64,000 nucleotides of DNA from Camelus dromedarius (taxonomy: Eukaryota): NCBI RefSeq assembly GCF_036321535.1, contig NC_087437.1, positions 55,554,001 through 55,618,000 on the forward strand, written 5' to 3'. Of this stretch, positions 12,330 to 24,470 are shown piece after piece. The notes under the pieces were generated by a model. It searched no databases. It was given only the letters and a program-made list of their open reading frames with translations, and was not told where the DNA came from. Position 1 is the first letter of the stretch, and every line of letters starts with the position of its first letter. A program made the translations under genes and the position numbers.

Positions 12330-12490
12330 TGCTCAGGAAGGGTGGCTCCAACCTTCAGTAATCCCAGAGGGTGGACCTTATTTAAGGCTAACACTTTTGT
12401 TAATGTCTTTCCCTTTTGCCACTGATTGGTTTGGAGTGGCATGCAAATCTGTTCTGGCTAATAGTAAGCAAGGAAAAATGTGTTGGAAAT
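12330..12490 (+). mobile_element. MaLR LTR fragment (MLT1 J/K-like)
   Basis: 'gccactgattggtttggagtggcatg...ttctggctaatag'. Confidence 0.5.
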
Positions 12491-12528
12491 TTCAAATGAA
12501 GGAGTTTGAGAATTAAGATTAACATGAA

Positions 12529-12743
12529 GGGATAGATGGGATTTCAAAATTGTAGAATAGATAAACAAGATTATACTGTATAGCACAGGGAAATATATAC
12601 AAGATCTTATGGTAGCTCACAGAAAAAAAAATGTGACAATGAATATATGTATGTTCATGTATAACTGAAAAATTGTGCTGTACACTGGAATTTGACACAA
12701 CATTGTAAAATGATTATAAATCAATAAAAATGTTAAAAAAAAA
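12529..12743 (+). mobile_element. Young camelid-type L1 3'UTR, 5'-truncated, 14-bp TSD
   Basis: 'ctgtatagcacagggaaatatatacaagatc...ttgacacaacattgtaaaatgattataaatcaataaaaa' + A tail; perfect TSD aagattaacatgaa at 12515-12528 and 12744-12757. Confidence 0.95.
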
Positions 12744-13211
12744 AAGATTAACATGAAAAATCCACTTGACCAACGTGGAGAAAATAACTGGCTATGTAGC
12801 CTTCTGGTTAGCACTTTTTCCTTCAAGGTCTCGGTTTCCCCATTATATTTATCATTCTTGCCCTTTCTAATTAACAGGGTTATTGTTAATATTATAGAAA
12901 ATAATGGATGTTGACATGATTCCCTCATTGTAAATGCCTATAATATGTAAATCATTACTATAAAGTATAAACTACTTTGAAATCTTTGCATTAAAATTAT
13001 TATCCAAATAAAGCAGTGATACCATGAAAATGCATGCTAATACACCAACCCTAGGAAAATGCGCTTTTCATTTAAAGAAACTTAAGGTAGATATAATTGT
13101 ATGTAAAACACTTCCCAAGCATTTATTTATGTGTATGTATTTTATTTTCATTGCCTTAATTAATTTTTCTCAAAATTGATTGATTGGTTGATACATAGGT
13201 TTCCAATTATT

Positions 13212-13325
13212 CCTTCTTCCTTCTTCTGTTTTTTTTTTGTTTTTTTTAATGGAGGTACTAGGGATTGAAACCAGGACCTCGTGATGCTAAGCAGTTGCTC
13301 TTCCACTGAGCTATACCCTCTCCCC
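13212..13325 (-). mobile_element. Camelid tRNA-derived SINE, short form
   Basis: Reverse strand reads GGGGAGAGGGTATAGCTCAGTGGAAGAG...CCTGGTTTCAATCCCTAGTACCTCC + A tail; lacks the CCTAATTAC 3' segment; TSD tccaattatt at 13202-13211 and 13326-13335. Confidence 0.92.
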
Positions 13326-13339
13326 TCCAATTATTTATT

Positions 13340-13630
13340 CTTAAGGGCAATAAACATATTTTGCATATTTCCTCGCATAGATGTGAGAATATCTCCCTAG
13401 AGAAGTGGAGATTCACTTCTGTGTTGTAGCTTATCCATGACTCTAAATTTCGTTAAATGCTGCTAATTGTTCTCCAGAGTGGTTGTGCCAATTTGCAGAC
13501 CCACTTACGCAGCGTTAAGAACCCCTTTGCCTTCTCTGCTTCACTCTTTGGCATTATCAAACTTGTTGATTGTGCCAGTATGATGGTAGGGGATTTGAAA
13601 GTGACTGTTGTTTAATTTGCAGTTCTTTTT
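13340..13630 (-). mobile_element. Old L1M fragment
   Basis: 'ttgttctccagagtggttgtgccaatttgca' antisense L1 ORF2-end motif. Confidence 0.6.
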
Positions 13631-13649
13631 TTAGAAATTAGAATAGCTA

Positions 13650-14040
13650 GAAATAGGTATGATGGTAATCAAAAGAATTCATGATAACAGTGATTACATA
13701 ATTGAGGTTTATTTTTCCCACATAAGAAGTTGCTAGCATTGCTTCTGCAGATCATTAATGTAATCAAGAAAATCAGGCTCAGCCATCTTTCCGTTGCATT
13801 ATCCTAAGTATGTTGTCTTTTCTTCTTCATGCTTATCATCCTATGGTTGCAGAATGAGTGCCACTACATCACTTCAATGTTCAATAGAAGAAGGGAGAGG
13901 CAGAGGGATGGCTTGTACACTCTGCTCTTGAATCTGTTGCCTTTATGGGCAAAGAAAAGGTCACTAATCCTCACTTCAGCAGACTTTCTTAACGTAGTTT
14001 TTGCTCAGAACTGTGTTAATTAGCCAGCACTAACACATTG
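13650..14040 (-). mobile_element. Old MaLR/ERVL LTR fragment
   Basis: 'gaggtttatttttccccacataagaag...atggttgcagaatg...cagcagactttct...ctcagaactgtg'. Confidence 0.5.
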
Positions 14041-15586
14041 TTCTTGCAGCTTTAAAAAAGCTAGAAAAAAGATAAGAGTATGTCCCCCACTTGTTTTCTT
14101 ATCCCACACTGTCTTAGCTTTTCAAGAAGCTCTATTCTTTGTGACTTTTAGGATCAACTAGTCACATTTAATTTTAAAAAATTCTATAGGATTTTTATTA
14201 GAATTGCAACGTTTTTTCCTTTGAGAGAAATTTAAAACTTTATAATGTTATAAACAGCAAACTGTGGATCCTACATTTTAGATTCAATCTAATAATCTCT
14301 GCCTTTTACTTGAAGTGTTTCGTTCCTTTACTTTAATATAATTACTGGTGTAGTTGTTTAAGTCTACTGTCTTGGTCATCTGTTCTTCATTTCCTCTTAA
14401 TACTTTTATGCTTTCTTTTGGCTGAATAAATTATGTGCTATAAATACATTGTTATTATTTTGGTACTGTAAGAAATGATGAAGATAAATTTGATGGGAGA
14501 AAAGGAAATTAAACCAGCTGGAAGCCCATATCTTCAGGAAAGAATGAAAAATATCAGAAAGGTAAATACCAGGAAAAATATGAAAGATCTTCATTATGTT
14601 TTATTACATAAGCATTGAAATATTTATCTTTAAATTTGTTCAGAGGACTGTTAACTGCGTAAGACAAAAATGATAATATTTTGTAGTATTCACAGCTTTT
14701 ATATGAATAAATCAAAAAAAGCACAAAGGGTACTTACCCTCATTTATGGAAGAATCCTCTAACTCCTACCGCTCTACCAGACATGAAAATAGGGGTGGCT
14801 TTCTTATTCTAGAAGATATTTTAGTTTTAATATTTGTACACCTTCAAACTTCTGGCAGGATTCAAAAACTGATTTTGTAGCTTACATGGCTTGTTCTATT
14901 TGTTAGCAAGTTTTGAATTTCTATATCCATCCTAACCAGAAGCAGAAGTATATCATTCACTTTTACTAATTATGAAATTCCTATAATCCATAATTTATTT
15001 TGAAGTGTGTTTTTTAGTTTACTAATATACAAGGGCTTTGATATTTCTGATATTGATTTATAATTTTGCTACATCATTCATTCTATTAACTATTTGACTT
15101 TTAGAAGTGTTCTCTGTGGTTGGCGTTACTGAGAAATGGTATGTGGACCTGAAGCCGCTGCCTATCATTTTTTCCATAAGGATATAATCTACCTAAGAAT
15201 GAAGCCAGTATAGAATTGAGAAATAGAAAAAGAGCAAGGCCTAAATATATTAGCCCATAAATCAAGTTGCTTCTAATGTTTTATTTGGACTTTCCAACTA
15301 CATAAGTCTATTATTTCCCTTCTTGTCTCAAGCCAGTTTGGGGTGAATTTTTTGTTATTGTTGTGTATAATCTGACTAAGAGAAGAAACATAATCAATTC
15401 ATTTTTTAGATATATTGAGTTTGTGTCATGATGGAACATAACACAGCTCAGTATGAAGATGTTAATATAGAATAAAATATCCAGAAAGAGTTTAGGGTCA
15501 TAATGCCCTGGGGCTTGTCAGCTATGATCATGTGTAGTGAGCTAGTGCTATAATAAAAGTCTTGTCATCTGAAGTCCTGAGCCTCC

Positions 15587-15885
15587 TGTGATGGTTAATA
15601 TTATGTGTCAACTTTCCTGGGTCACAAGGTGCCCAGTTATTTGGCTAAAAAGTATGTCGGTATTTCTAGATGACATTAGCATTTCAATCTGTGGGCTAAG
15701 TAAAGTGGATTGTCCTGTCCAGTGTCAGTGGGCATCATCTAATTCATTAAGAGCCTGAATAAAACAAAAGGTGGAAAAAGGGAGAATATGTCTTCTGGGC
15801 ATGTGTCTTCTCTTAACCCCAGACTAGGACTCACTTACACCATTGTCTCTCCTGCTTCTCAGGCTTTCAGACTTGAACTGAACTA
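15587..15885 (+). mobile_element. MLT2 (ERVL) LTR, 3'-truncated
   Basis: Begins TGTGATGGTTAATATTATGTGTCAACTT; contains 'gtgggcatcatctaattcattaagagcctgaataaaacaaaagg'. Confidence 0.85.
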
Positions 15886-15892
15886 TATAGAC

Positions 15893-15957
15893 ATAGATAT
15901 AGATATAGATATAGATATAGATATAGATATAGATATAGATATAGATATAGATATAGA
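15893..15957. repeat. (ATAGAT)n hexanucleotide microsatellite, ~11 units
   Basis: Directly visible; source of the DIDIDI ORF. Confidence 0.97.
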
Positions 15958-16137
15958 TAGGCACACCTCCTTTTACTGATCTTTGCTTTATTGGTTTCGC
16001 AGATATTATATTTTTAACAAATTGAAAATTTTTAGCAATGCTATGTCAGGCAAGTCTATGGAAGCCATTTTTTTTCCAACAGTATTTGCTTACTTTGTGT
16101 CTCTGTGTCACATTTTGGTAATTCTTAACAATATTTT
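15958..16137 (+). mobile_element. Tigger1 DNA transposon 5' end
   Basis: 'taggcacacctcc...gcaagtctatgg...ttccaacagtatttgcttactttgtgtctctgtgtcacattttggtaattc' matches the Tigger1 left end. Confidence 0.88.
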
Positions 16138-16228
16138 CTTTCGCTATTTTATGGCGTTGGAAATTATATACTATACTGTTGCTTTCATTACTCAAGACCT
16201 TTTGTTTCAAGCAAAACCTTTCTTAAAA

Positions 16229-16270
16229 TGTCTCTCTTGGCCACTTTTTTGGTTCCTGAACCAGTTTCTG

Positions 16271-16309
<39 letters not shown>

Positions 16310-16620
16310 GGGGTGGGGATATTCCCACACAACCCCAAGCAATTCTCAGCCACCAGCAGGTGACATCATTGGTGGTTGAACACAATCTTCAGCCCATCTC
16401 CCCTCCTCCTCGGAGGTCAGGGGTGGGACTGGAAGTTTCAGCTTTCTAATCAGCGGTTTGACTGTCTTGGCAACCAGCCCCCATGCTTGGACGCTTTCTA
16501 AAATTCACCTCATTAGCATAAAAAAGACAACTTGATTGCTCTCAGGGTTTTAGGAGCTCTGTACCAGAAACTGGGGTGAAGATCAAATCTATATTTCTCA
16601 TTATAAATCACAATCTCACA
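16229..16620 (-). mobile_element. MER21-like LTR
   Basis: 'ggcaaccagccccc', 'cacctcattagcataaa', 'gggttttaggagctctgtaccagaaactgggg', ending 'aatcacaatctcaca'. Confidence 0.75.
16273..16308. repeat. (GT)18 microsatellite
   Basis: Directly visible. Confidence 0.97.
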
Positions 16621-17379
16621 CCTACCATTCACATTCTGAGGGCAGTGCTACATCGCTTGCAGCTTGGTATCACCAAAGAGAAGACACACTGGATCTGGCG
16701 ACTATTCTCGTCGTTTTCCTGGCCATTGCCAATATTTAGCAAACAGAATTGGCTTTGCCATGGTTGCCAGGAAATCGGTGCCTGTACCCATCTGTCTAAG
16801 GCTGTAGTGTCTATAGCTGAGCGTGCATATGCCAAAAGATGCCTCGGTGCTTGCAACCTGCAGCATTTCTGGGAACAGGCACATCAGGTAAGATTATTTA
16901 TAATTATACCCTACATTTTTTCAAGAGAAAATAAAAGCTCTCTGCCAGAACACTTTTTCTTTTTTTTTTTAAATAAGAATTGAACCAGAATGAACCCTTG
17001 AGCAAGTCATTTCAGGATAGTTTAAATAGCCCAACCTGCCTCTGCAGGGGGTTTTCTGTGCACCACCTCCTTTCCATTCTCTGGACTGCTGCACTTTGCT
17101 CAGGTCCTCAGTTCCTCTTTTTTACACATTTAGCAGCCAATCTTTCTATAATTGCTTAAGGTTTGCATAAAAATTATATCAATTAGTCTTTTCAATAACC
17201 CTCTAGTGTAGGTGATACTTCCCCCATTTTGCCAATGGTAAAGCTTAAGATAAGAAAGATTATCTCTCCTAGTTTATACCGTTCTTTGGTTTCAGAGCTC
17301 AGACTTCCCACCATAGCACTTGATATGCTTATGGGTACACGTTATTTTGACTCTGACACCACGGTTGGAATTTGGCTGA

Positions 17380-17745
17380 ATTAGTCTTTATAGATAAACT
17401 ACTCTAACAACTCCTAAATCTCAAGGAGTAACAGAATGGAAGCTTATTTCTCCTTATATAAAAAGTCAGGGCTGGTGGTCTTGTATATAGTCATTCAGGA
17501 ACCTCGGCTTCTTCCATCTTGTGCCCCTACCAGTCTGTATGTTCTCAAAGTCCTCTCCTTTCAGCTGAAATAAGGAAAAAAGAGGGAGCATGGAATTATC
17601 TGTTGGAAGTTTATAGCCCAGCCTGGAAGTGATAAACATCACTTCTGCCCACTTTCCATTGGTCAGACTCATTCATTGGCCACACTAACGGCAAGGAAGG
17701 CTGAAAAATATGGTTTAGCTCTGTGGCCAGGAAGGGGATGTTTCT
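17380..17745 (-). mobile_element. MaLR LTR (MLT1J/K-like)
   Basis: 'cctggaagtgataaacatcacttctgcccactttccattggtcagactc...ggaaggctgaaaaatatggtttagct'. Confidence 0.75.
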
Positions 17746-18314
17746 GTGGTCACTTTGATTTATCTCCTTTGATGCAGAGATATGTGGCTTAAAAATACTA
17801 CACATTAAAAAAAATTGACCAATATATTAGCTAGTCGACTCCATATTTCAGATTTATTCCTTTCTGATCATTATCCTTAGGTTACATATCAGAGACAGAA
17901 TGAAGTTTTGGGCAAAAGTATGTACTGGGCTGGAATAAAGTAAGAAGTCATGCATATTATTTGGTGATCAAAACTAGGATTTTTAGATCTTGGTGAACTC
18001 TGCTTCCCAAGATTGGTCAAAATAGCTACATCAACATGTCCCATTAAACAATTCATGTTGCAAGAGATAACTCCTACCTTCTCTTCTTATTTTTTTCTTT
18101 TCTTATTCTTTTAATATGTATTTATTGAACATGGTTATACACCACACATTGAACCTAGGAATCAGTGATAAGCAAAACCTTCATGGTTTCTGCCCCTGTG
18201 GAACTCATAGTCCCTATCTTCGGTATATGCAGTTCCTTTTTGACACCTTTTCAGGACTAATCATCCTAAAGAATTATTTGCATGATTCTTTCTCACTAAA
18301 ATAAATAACACTTG

Positions 18315-18500
18315 AAGATGCAGTGTGCATAGTGGTTAAGAATAGACAGACTTGGATTTGGCTTCCAACTTCATCATTTGCTAACAGAATAAACTTGCAA
18401 AAATTATTTTTATCTCAATTTTCTCAGCCTTAAAATAAGGATAATAATATCTAATTGATGGAGGTATTGTGATCAGTGAATAAGAACAATAATTTTAAAA
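18315..18500 (+). mobile_element. MIR SINE
   Basis: 'catagtggttaagaa...cagacttggattt...tctcaattttctc...aaataaggataataatatc'. Confidence 0.7.
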
Positions 18501-19237
18501 TTATTAACAATAAATAAGTTAAGTTCTTTTTATGTCATTTAAGACTATTCCACCTAACTCCAAAAATTTTAATAGATTCATTTTCCAACACCCTGAGCTT
18601 TAAACATACTACATTATTTGCTCTTTCTGAAACATATTTTCTGAATTTATTTGTGGCTGTTTCATTTACTCTCTTTCTTTACTTCATATAATTTTCAATT
18701 TTTTTTAAGGCCCATTTTAGGCACTATCCACTTCATAGAGTTTTTCCAAGTATACTGGCTAGAATTAATTTATATGCCTCTTGTGTTTCAATAGCACCCA
18801 TTCTTCACTGTTACCAAAACTCTTATCACATTATCATATCATTAATTGTATTATACTTACTATTTTTATATTTAACTATTTTTAAAAATAAAAATTACTT
18901 TCATCCCAATCATATAATTTTAGACAGACAATAGTTTAGGCGTTCTTTCTAGATAACTCAGTTGCTTCCTGAAAGTCTAAAGAACACGTTAAGCTCTTCA
19001 GACTTCCAGTCTGCCATTCTCACCCTGACTTCTCTTCAAAGTGACATGGATGTATGAATGAGAAAAAGTAGCTAAGTAGTCTCATGGCGATAAGAGTAAT
19101 AACTCAATGTGGCATCTTCTATATTCTTGCTGATATTGTGTGTGAAGTCAGATGGTTTGTGCTGCTCCTTGGACTGTGATGATTGGAGTATGACTTGTCA
19201 TGCTTTTTTTCTTTTTTTTTCAATGAGGAAACATGCT

Positions 19238-19530
19238 GGTGTCTGAGGGGAGAATCCTTCCTTGCCTCTTCCTGCTTCTGGTGGGGGCCATTCATCCTGG
19301 GGCTCTTTGGTTTGTGTCTGCATTGGTCCAATCTCTGCCTCTGTCATCACATGGTGTTCTCTCGGTATGAGGATACCACTCACAGTAAGTTAAGACCCAC
19401 CCCAATGATTTCATCTTAACATGATTAAATTTGCAAAGACCCTTTTTCCAAATAAGGTTATATTTATGGGTCCTGGAGGTTAGGAACTCAATATATCCTT
19501 TTAGAGAGGACAAAATTCAACCCATAATGG
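19238..19530 (-). mobile_element. MaLR LTR (MLT1B/C-like)
   Basis: 'ggagaatccttccttgcctcttcc...tgcaaagaccctttttccaaataaggtt...ggacaaaattcaaccc'. Confidence 0.85.
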
Positions 19531-19534
19531 TAAT

Positions 19535-20270
19535 CATTATGAAATATACCCAGGACCTTCATAGCAAAAGCCTATGATTCAGGAGAAGGGATTTTCCCAG
19601 GGCCTTAGTACAACCGAGGGAAGGGAGTTCCTCCCATTGCAGGGCCTTCCAGCCTTCTGCCTCACTTAAGAGAAAAAGTGATAAAACATGCTCAACAGGC
19701 GTTATGGCTTCAAGAGAACAGGTTGGAAATGTTGTTATCAGGAAAGGCAGTAGGGGACAGACGGGAAACAAACAAACAAACAAACTATACTACTGGAGAA
19801 ACATTTGTGAAGGTTGCAGTCCCAAGACACACGCCTACAGAAAGACTAAGATTTTAATCAGAGGAGTAAGAAACAGTCTCCCTCCCATACACCTTATCAC
19901 CACAACAATAGTCCTCTGGTATGATAACAGTGGATTACAGCTTAAAAACTGCAAGACACAGACTCTCTCTTAAGAGGAACACTTAAGGAGGCCCAGAGTC
20001 AAGAGAGGAGACAAAACAAGGACACGAAAGGAATCTGAATCTCCTGGCACTTACAGTTACTGCAAACATGAAACACAGCCCAACTCCTAACCAGATTAAC
20101 ACAAATCCTCCCACTAAAGGCCTGTTTATCTCAATGTCTATTACTCAATAAATGTATCCAGCTTTTAGAGCATGCCAAAAGGTAAGGAAAAACACAGTCT
20201 GGAGAGACAAATCATCCTCGGAACCATCCTCAGATAGAACGCAGGTGCTGAATTTACCACGTAAGAAATG
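19535..20270 (+). mobile_element. Old L1M 5'UTR/ORF1-start fragment
   Basis: 'catgccaaaaggtaaggaaaaacacagtctggagagacaaa...cagatagaacgcaggtgctgaattt' resembles the L1M ORF1 5' region. Confidence 0.6.
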
Positions 20271-20439
20271 ACCCTGCTGGAGATCTCATCCTCAAAGATA
20301 CCTTTCCCGTCCCGGGCAGCGAGGGACCTGGCACAAGTTCAACATGAATTTCTGATCGAGTTTCAGAAATCTCAGGTGATGGAACCATTTGTGACAATTA
20401 CTAGGGAAGATTCATTTCTTCACATACCAAAGTGAACGG

Positions 20440-20860
20440 TGGTCACAGACGCTGCGATGTACTTCACTGTACCTTTGGTCACCTTTCTGAACTGAGGTGC
20501 TCATTCATTCCCCTGGGTGCCGAGAGTGTTAGCTGAGTCCTCTCAGCTCACACCTTCTCCTGGGACTGCTCCCTAGCTAAAGAGAGCTGTCTCACCCAAG
20601 ATCCTCATTCCTCCTTCCTAGAAGAAGCCCTCACAGAATGACTGCTCAGAGTGGAAGGATACATGTGTAGCTCCCTCACTCTAATTGGGACACCTCTGAA
20701 GGGACAACCCAGCTCCAAAGCTTTCTTTCTGTAGGACTGCCTGAAGCCTTTGATGCGACTAGATTGCAATTCAACTCCCCTTCTGCCCAGTCCTGTTTTC
20801 TTTGCTCCCCTGGAGGTTTTCCTCCTAAAAGCACTCCCCAATTAGCTTTCTGCATAAATT
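20440..20860 (+). mobile_element. ERVL LTR (LTR16-like)
   Basis: 'gggacacctctgaagggacaacccagctcc...cttctgcccagtcctg...aagcactccccaattagctttctgcat'. Confidence 0.75.
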
Positions 20861-21099
20861 GCCAAAAGAAAAGAAATCTCTATTTTTTTAAAAAACTGTA
20901 TGTCAGACTCTACTTTGTGGGGAGACTGAATTGTAAAAAAGGTCCCAACTTATTTGTGTACATTGTTCTTGCTTAGTTGGAAGCCTCCTATAAGGCACTA
21001 ACATGCTTGAAGTCCTCCATCCTGCTCCATCACAATTCTAACCTCATCTAGTTACAGCTCTCCAGCTGTAACTCCAGCATACAGATCTTAATTTCTAGG

Positions 21100-21480
21100 T
21101 AAAATATCTGTTAAAGTTAAACATATACATATACTTCTAGGGATATACTCAATTGAAATGTCTCCACGTATTTATAAAAGACACATAGTAGAAACTTTGT
21201 AGATGCACTATTTATAATTGTCAATTACTGAAAATACCTATTAACAATAGATGGGATAAATAAACTGTGGTGTAGTCCCACAGTGGAATACTATACATCA
21301 ATGAGAAAGGATGGTCTAAAATTACAACCAGAATTACAGATGAATCTCACAATTAAGATTTGACTGAAAGAAGCCAGACACGAGAGAGCATAAGCATTAT
21401 TTAATTTAAGGAGAGACAAGAGCAGAGAGTATTTATCTCTACTGTCAGGATGGTGGTTGTCTTTGGGGTAAGAGGAAAGT
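21100..21480 (+). mobile_element. Old L1M (L1ME-like) 3' fragment
   Basis: 'ggataaataaactgtggtgtagtcccacagtggaatactat...gatgaatctcacaa...gaaagaagccagacac'. Confidence 0.75.
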
Positions 21481-21589
21481 CACTAGACAGGAAGAGAAGA
21501 CACACCAAGTAGTATGATATAAATAGTCTTCACAGTTAAGAAACAATAAAATAATTTATTCCCGGAGTATCTGACTAACAAAGGATTAA

Positions 21590-21860
21590 AAAGTTGTGGA
21601 AATAGAAGGGACCCCAGACATCATCTTCACTCTCCTTTTCTGGATGAGGCTGAGGCCAAGGGCGTGACTTTCCAGGGGCCCTGACTTGGGTTAAATTTCT
21701 AGTTCCCACACAATCACTGGGTGACCCTGGGCAAGTTACCCACCCTCTTTCTGCCTCAGTTCCTTGGTCTGAAATCTACTGTTAAAAATAACCACCTTAA
21801 TGCATGGCTTTGAAGGTAGACGTTAAAAACCTGGGAGCATGTCTAACGTACCATCCAGCA
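21590..21860. mobile_element. MIR fragments (minus then plus)
   Basis: 'ggatgaggctgaggcc' and 'gtgaccctgggcaagttacc...ctgcctcagttcc'. Confidence 0.6.
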
Positions 21861-22679
21861 ACCAGCAGTTCCGAGATGAGTTACTCTTTCTTCCCTCAAG
21901 GTGATCTGAGGTGAGTGACTCAACTTCCAGCACCCTCGCTAGCGTGCTTCTCTAAAGAGGTACAAACAAGACATAAAGTGTTAGGTACACTGGGGGTGTG
22001 CGGGACATGCCACATCAGCCCTGTCCGCTTTCCAGGGAATCTGCCTTTAGAGCGTCTGTGTTTCATAACCCGTGGGTCTGGAGAGCCTCTGGCCCAGCAG
22101 GGAGGCAGGGGCTCTCCCTGGTGTTGACGGCACGGCCGTGAGAGTACACATGAGTCATCCTTTCTGGGAGGAAAGCAGATACAGCAGCCTGGAAAGCACA
22201 CGTTCGGGGAGGCTGAGCAGGAGAAAGGAGCTTAGATGAGCAAAGACCACCATCCTGGGTGTGTGATGCAAAGCCTCGGGAATGTGTCCGAATCCAGCCC
22301 AGCGGCCGTCCTCATCATGCTCTGTAGTCCTGGGAGCCCTGGCAGCTGTTACCGTGGCTGATGCATGACACCCTGACCTTTGATGACACTGTCTTTCCTT
22401 CTTGTTTTCCACCCACTGCTGTCCCTGCTTTCCACGGACACACTGACGCACGTCTGTGGAGCTGCTCAGGGAGAAATCTCAGTCCTCACGGTACTTGTCC
22501 TAGGACTGCAAATTCCCACTTGTTCAGGAAATTGATGGGAACCCTCATTTCAGTAAAACACTGCCTGCTTCTCTGCAAGAGTCCTGCCCTGCACCAGTCA
22601 TTCTCCTTATGTTTTTAAAGGAGGACCAGACTCTTCAAAGTGTATTTCCTACCTATGAGGAAGCTCCTGTATATTTTGT

Positions 22680-22870
22680 AAAGCATCTTCATATAGTGTA
22701 CTTCATTTGCTCCTCAGGACAGCCCTTTGGTAGAGATGATCCAAACTGCTTTCTTCTCACTGCGGAATAAAGTGAGGTTCAGAGTGGTCTCCTGAATTGC
22801 CCAAGGTTACGCAGCAAAGTAAGTGGCTGTCAAAATCTGAACTTGAGTCTACTGAAAACCAGCCCATTGC
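22680..22870 (-). mobile_element. MIR SINE
   Basis: 'gtgaggttcagag...ttgcccaaggttacgcagc'. Confidence 0.65.
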
Positions 22871-23079
22871 CTGACACTGTGCTGGCTCACGAGTCCACAG
22901 ATTCAACTCTACGGCTCCTACGGCTTAGCGGTCTGTTCTTTCCTGATGTTTGTGCCAGAAGGGCTACCAGCAAGAAGAGCTCTCTCCTGCCCTCACCATA
23001 TTCCATGAGATTGAGGAAAGGGAGTGCGTGGGCCAAACGGACAACCCGAGTTCGTTTTGAGGGTCATCTCTAGGAAGCT

Positions 23080-23300
23080 GTATCTAACACCCTCAGCCTG
23101 GGACTGCACCTCTCCCTCCTTTATGTTCTCATAGCGCCCTGTGCCCACATTTGCACTGCAACTGAGTCATCTACTTCTGCATTTCTCTCTCTCCCTTATA
23201 TATAAGATCCTTGAATTCAAGACCATGTCTTATTCATCTCTTTATTTTCTGGCATGTGAACATGGTCAACACAAATGTTTGATTGAATGAATGACTGAAT
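23080..23300 (+). mobile_element. L2 3' end
   Basis: 'gaccatgtcttattcatctct...aaatgtttgattgaatgaatg'. Confidence 0.7.
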
Positions 23301-24374
23301 AGAGAATCATGTAGTCAACAGTATTGAGAGTCCAGAGGTATCTAAAAGGTAATGTGCCTTGACCCTCATTTTACTGAGGGGAACAGTGAAACTTAGAGGG
23401 TACAGAGGACATATTCAAGGTCAGAAAGTGTAAGACACAGGAACAGGGACCACTTCTCTAAAGGCTAGTCAGTGCTGCTCAACTCTGGATTTCAACCGTA
23501 ACGCTCAAGTTCTTTCCTTTCGAATCACTCTGTTTGATTTTATTTGAAGAAAATAAAAAATACCCCAGGCTACATTGCTGGAAAAGTCTCCCCTTGCAGA
23601 AGCACCCCTGAGCCCCCCTCAGAACTGTTGACATGTCCTGGTTATCTAGCTCTGCGGTTCACCCTCTGCAGTCTCCCTGCCACGTTTGTGGGCTACTTGG
23701 CCCCTCCTCTTACTGGTTCCCCTAATCACGTTCATGTTCTTCTCCTATTCCCCAAGCACTGAGCGTGAGGCACAAAACATTTACCAAAGACATGCAGACA
23801 GCAGAAGGGAACTGCACAGCCAGAATGAGCAAACTGGGTGTTGGCTATTAGACAGCAATGTCCTGCGAGGACCTGCCCTTCAGAGCGGCCTCTGCCACAT
23901 CCTTTCCCTGAGGATCAGGCCCTTGCCCCCAGTTCTGGTCTTTAGTCCTGCAGGAAGAAACCTAACATTAACTCTTCACATAGAAAGGAAAAACGTTTGA
24001 GAAGATGCATCTCAATTTCCATGATTCGTTAAGAAAAATCTGTCAAGACAGGTCTGAGGAATCTGCATCTGCATCCCTTCATCAATATCGGCTGCTCAAA
24101 GACCAAAAAGAGAATGTACTCACACATATAGCCAAAACTTTCCACGCAGTAAACCCTCCCAGAAAAGTGTGCCTCAAAGAAAAATTCTTACTTCTTTACT
24201 GAACCACAACAAGAAAATTCACAGTAGGCTTAGAATATCTATTTTGTTCCAATGTCCATCAGTCAAACATTTAGGTCCAGCGCCAGAGCACTGTTCTCAA
24301 AACGTGGAAGCTATCTGATCAGGTATAGTTAGCCGCTGGCAAATATTTGAGACTCTTGTATATTATCAACAATA

Positions 24375-24470
24375 ATTAACATTTATTGAGTGGGTACTAC
24401 ATGCCAAGGTCTGTGCTTAGCACTTTACATGCATTTTCCTATTTAATCCTCCCAAAATCCTATGAAAAAA
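24375..24470 (-). mobile_element. MIR fragment
   Basis: 'aacatttattgagtgggtactacatgccaagg...ttagcactttacatgcatt...tttaatcctc'. Confidence 0.75.

Noticed and set aside
15788..16449. ORFs with DIDIDI, CVCVCV and HTHTHT runs
   Set aside because: Translations of the (ATAGAT)n and (GT)n microsatellites inside repeats
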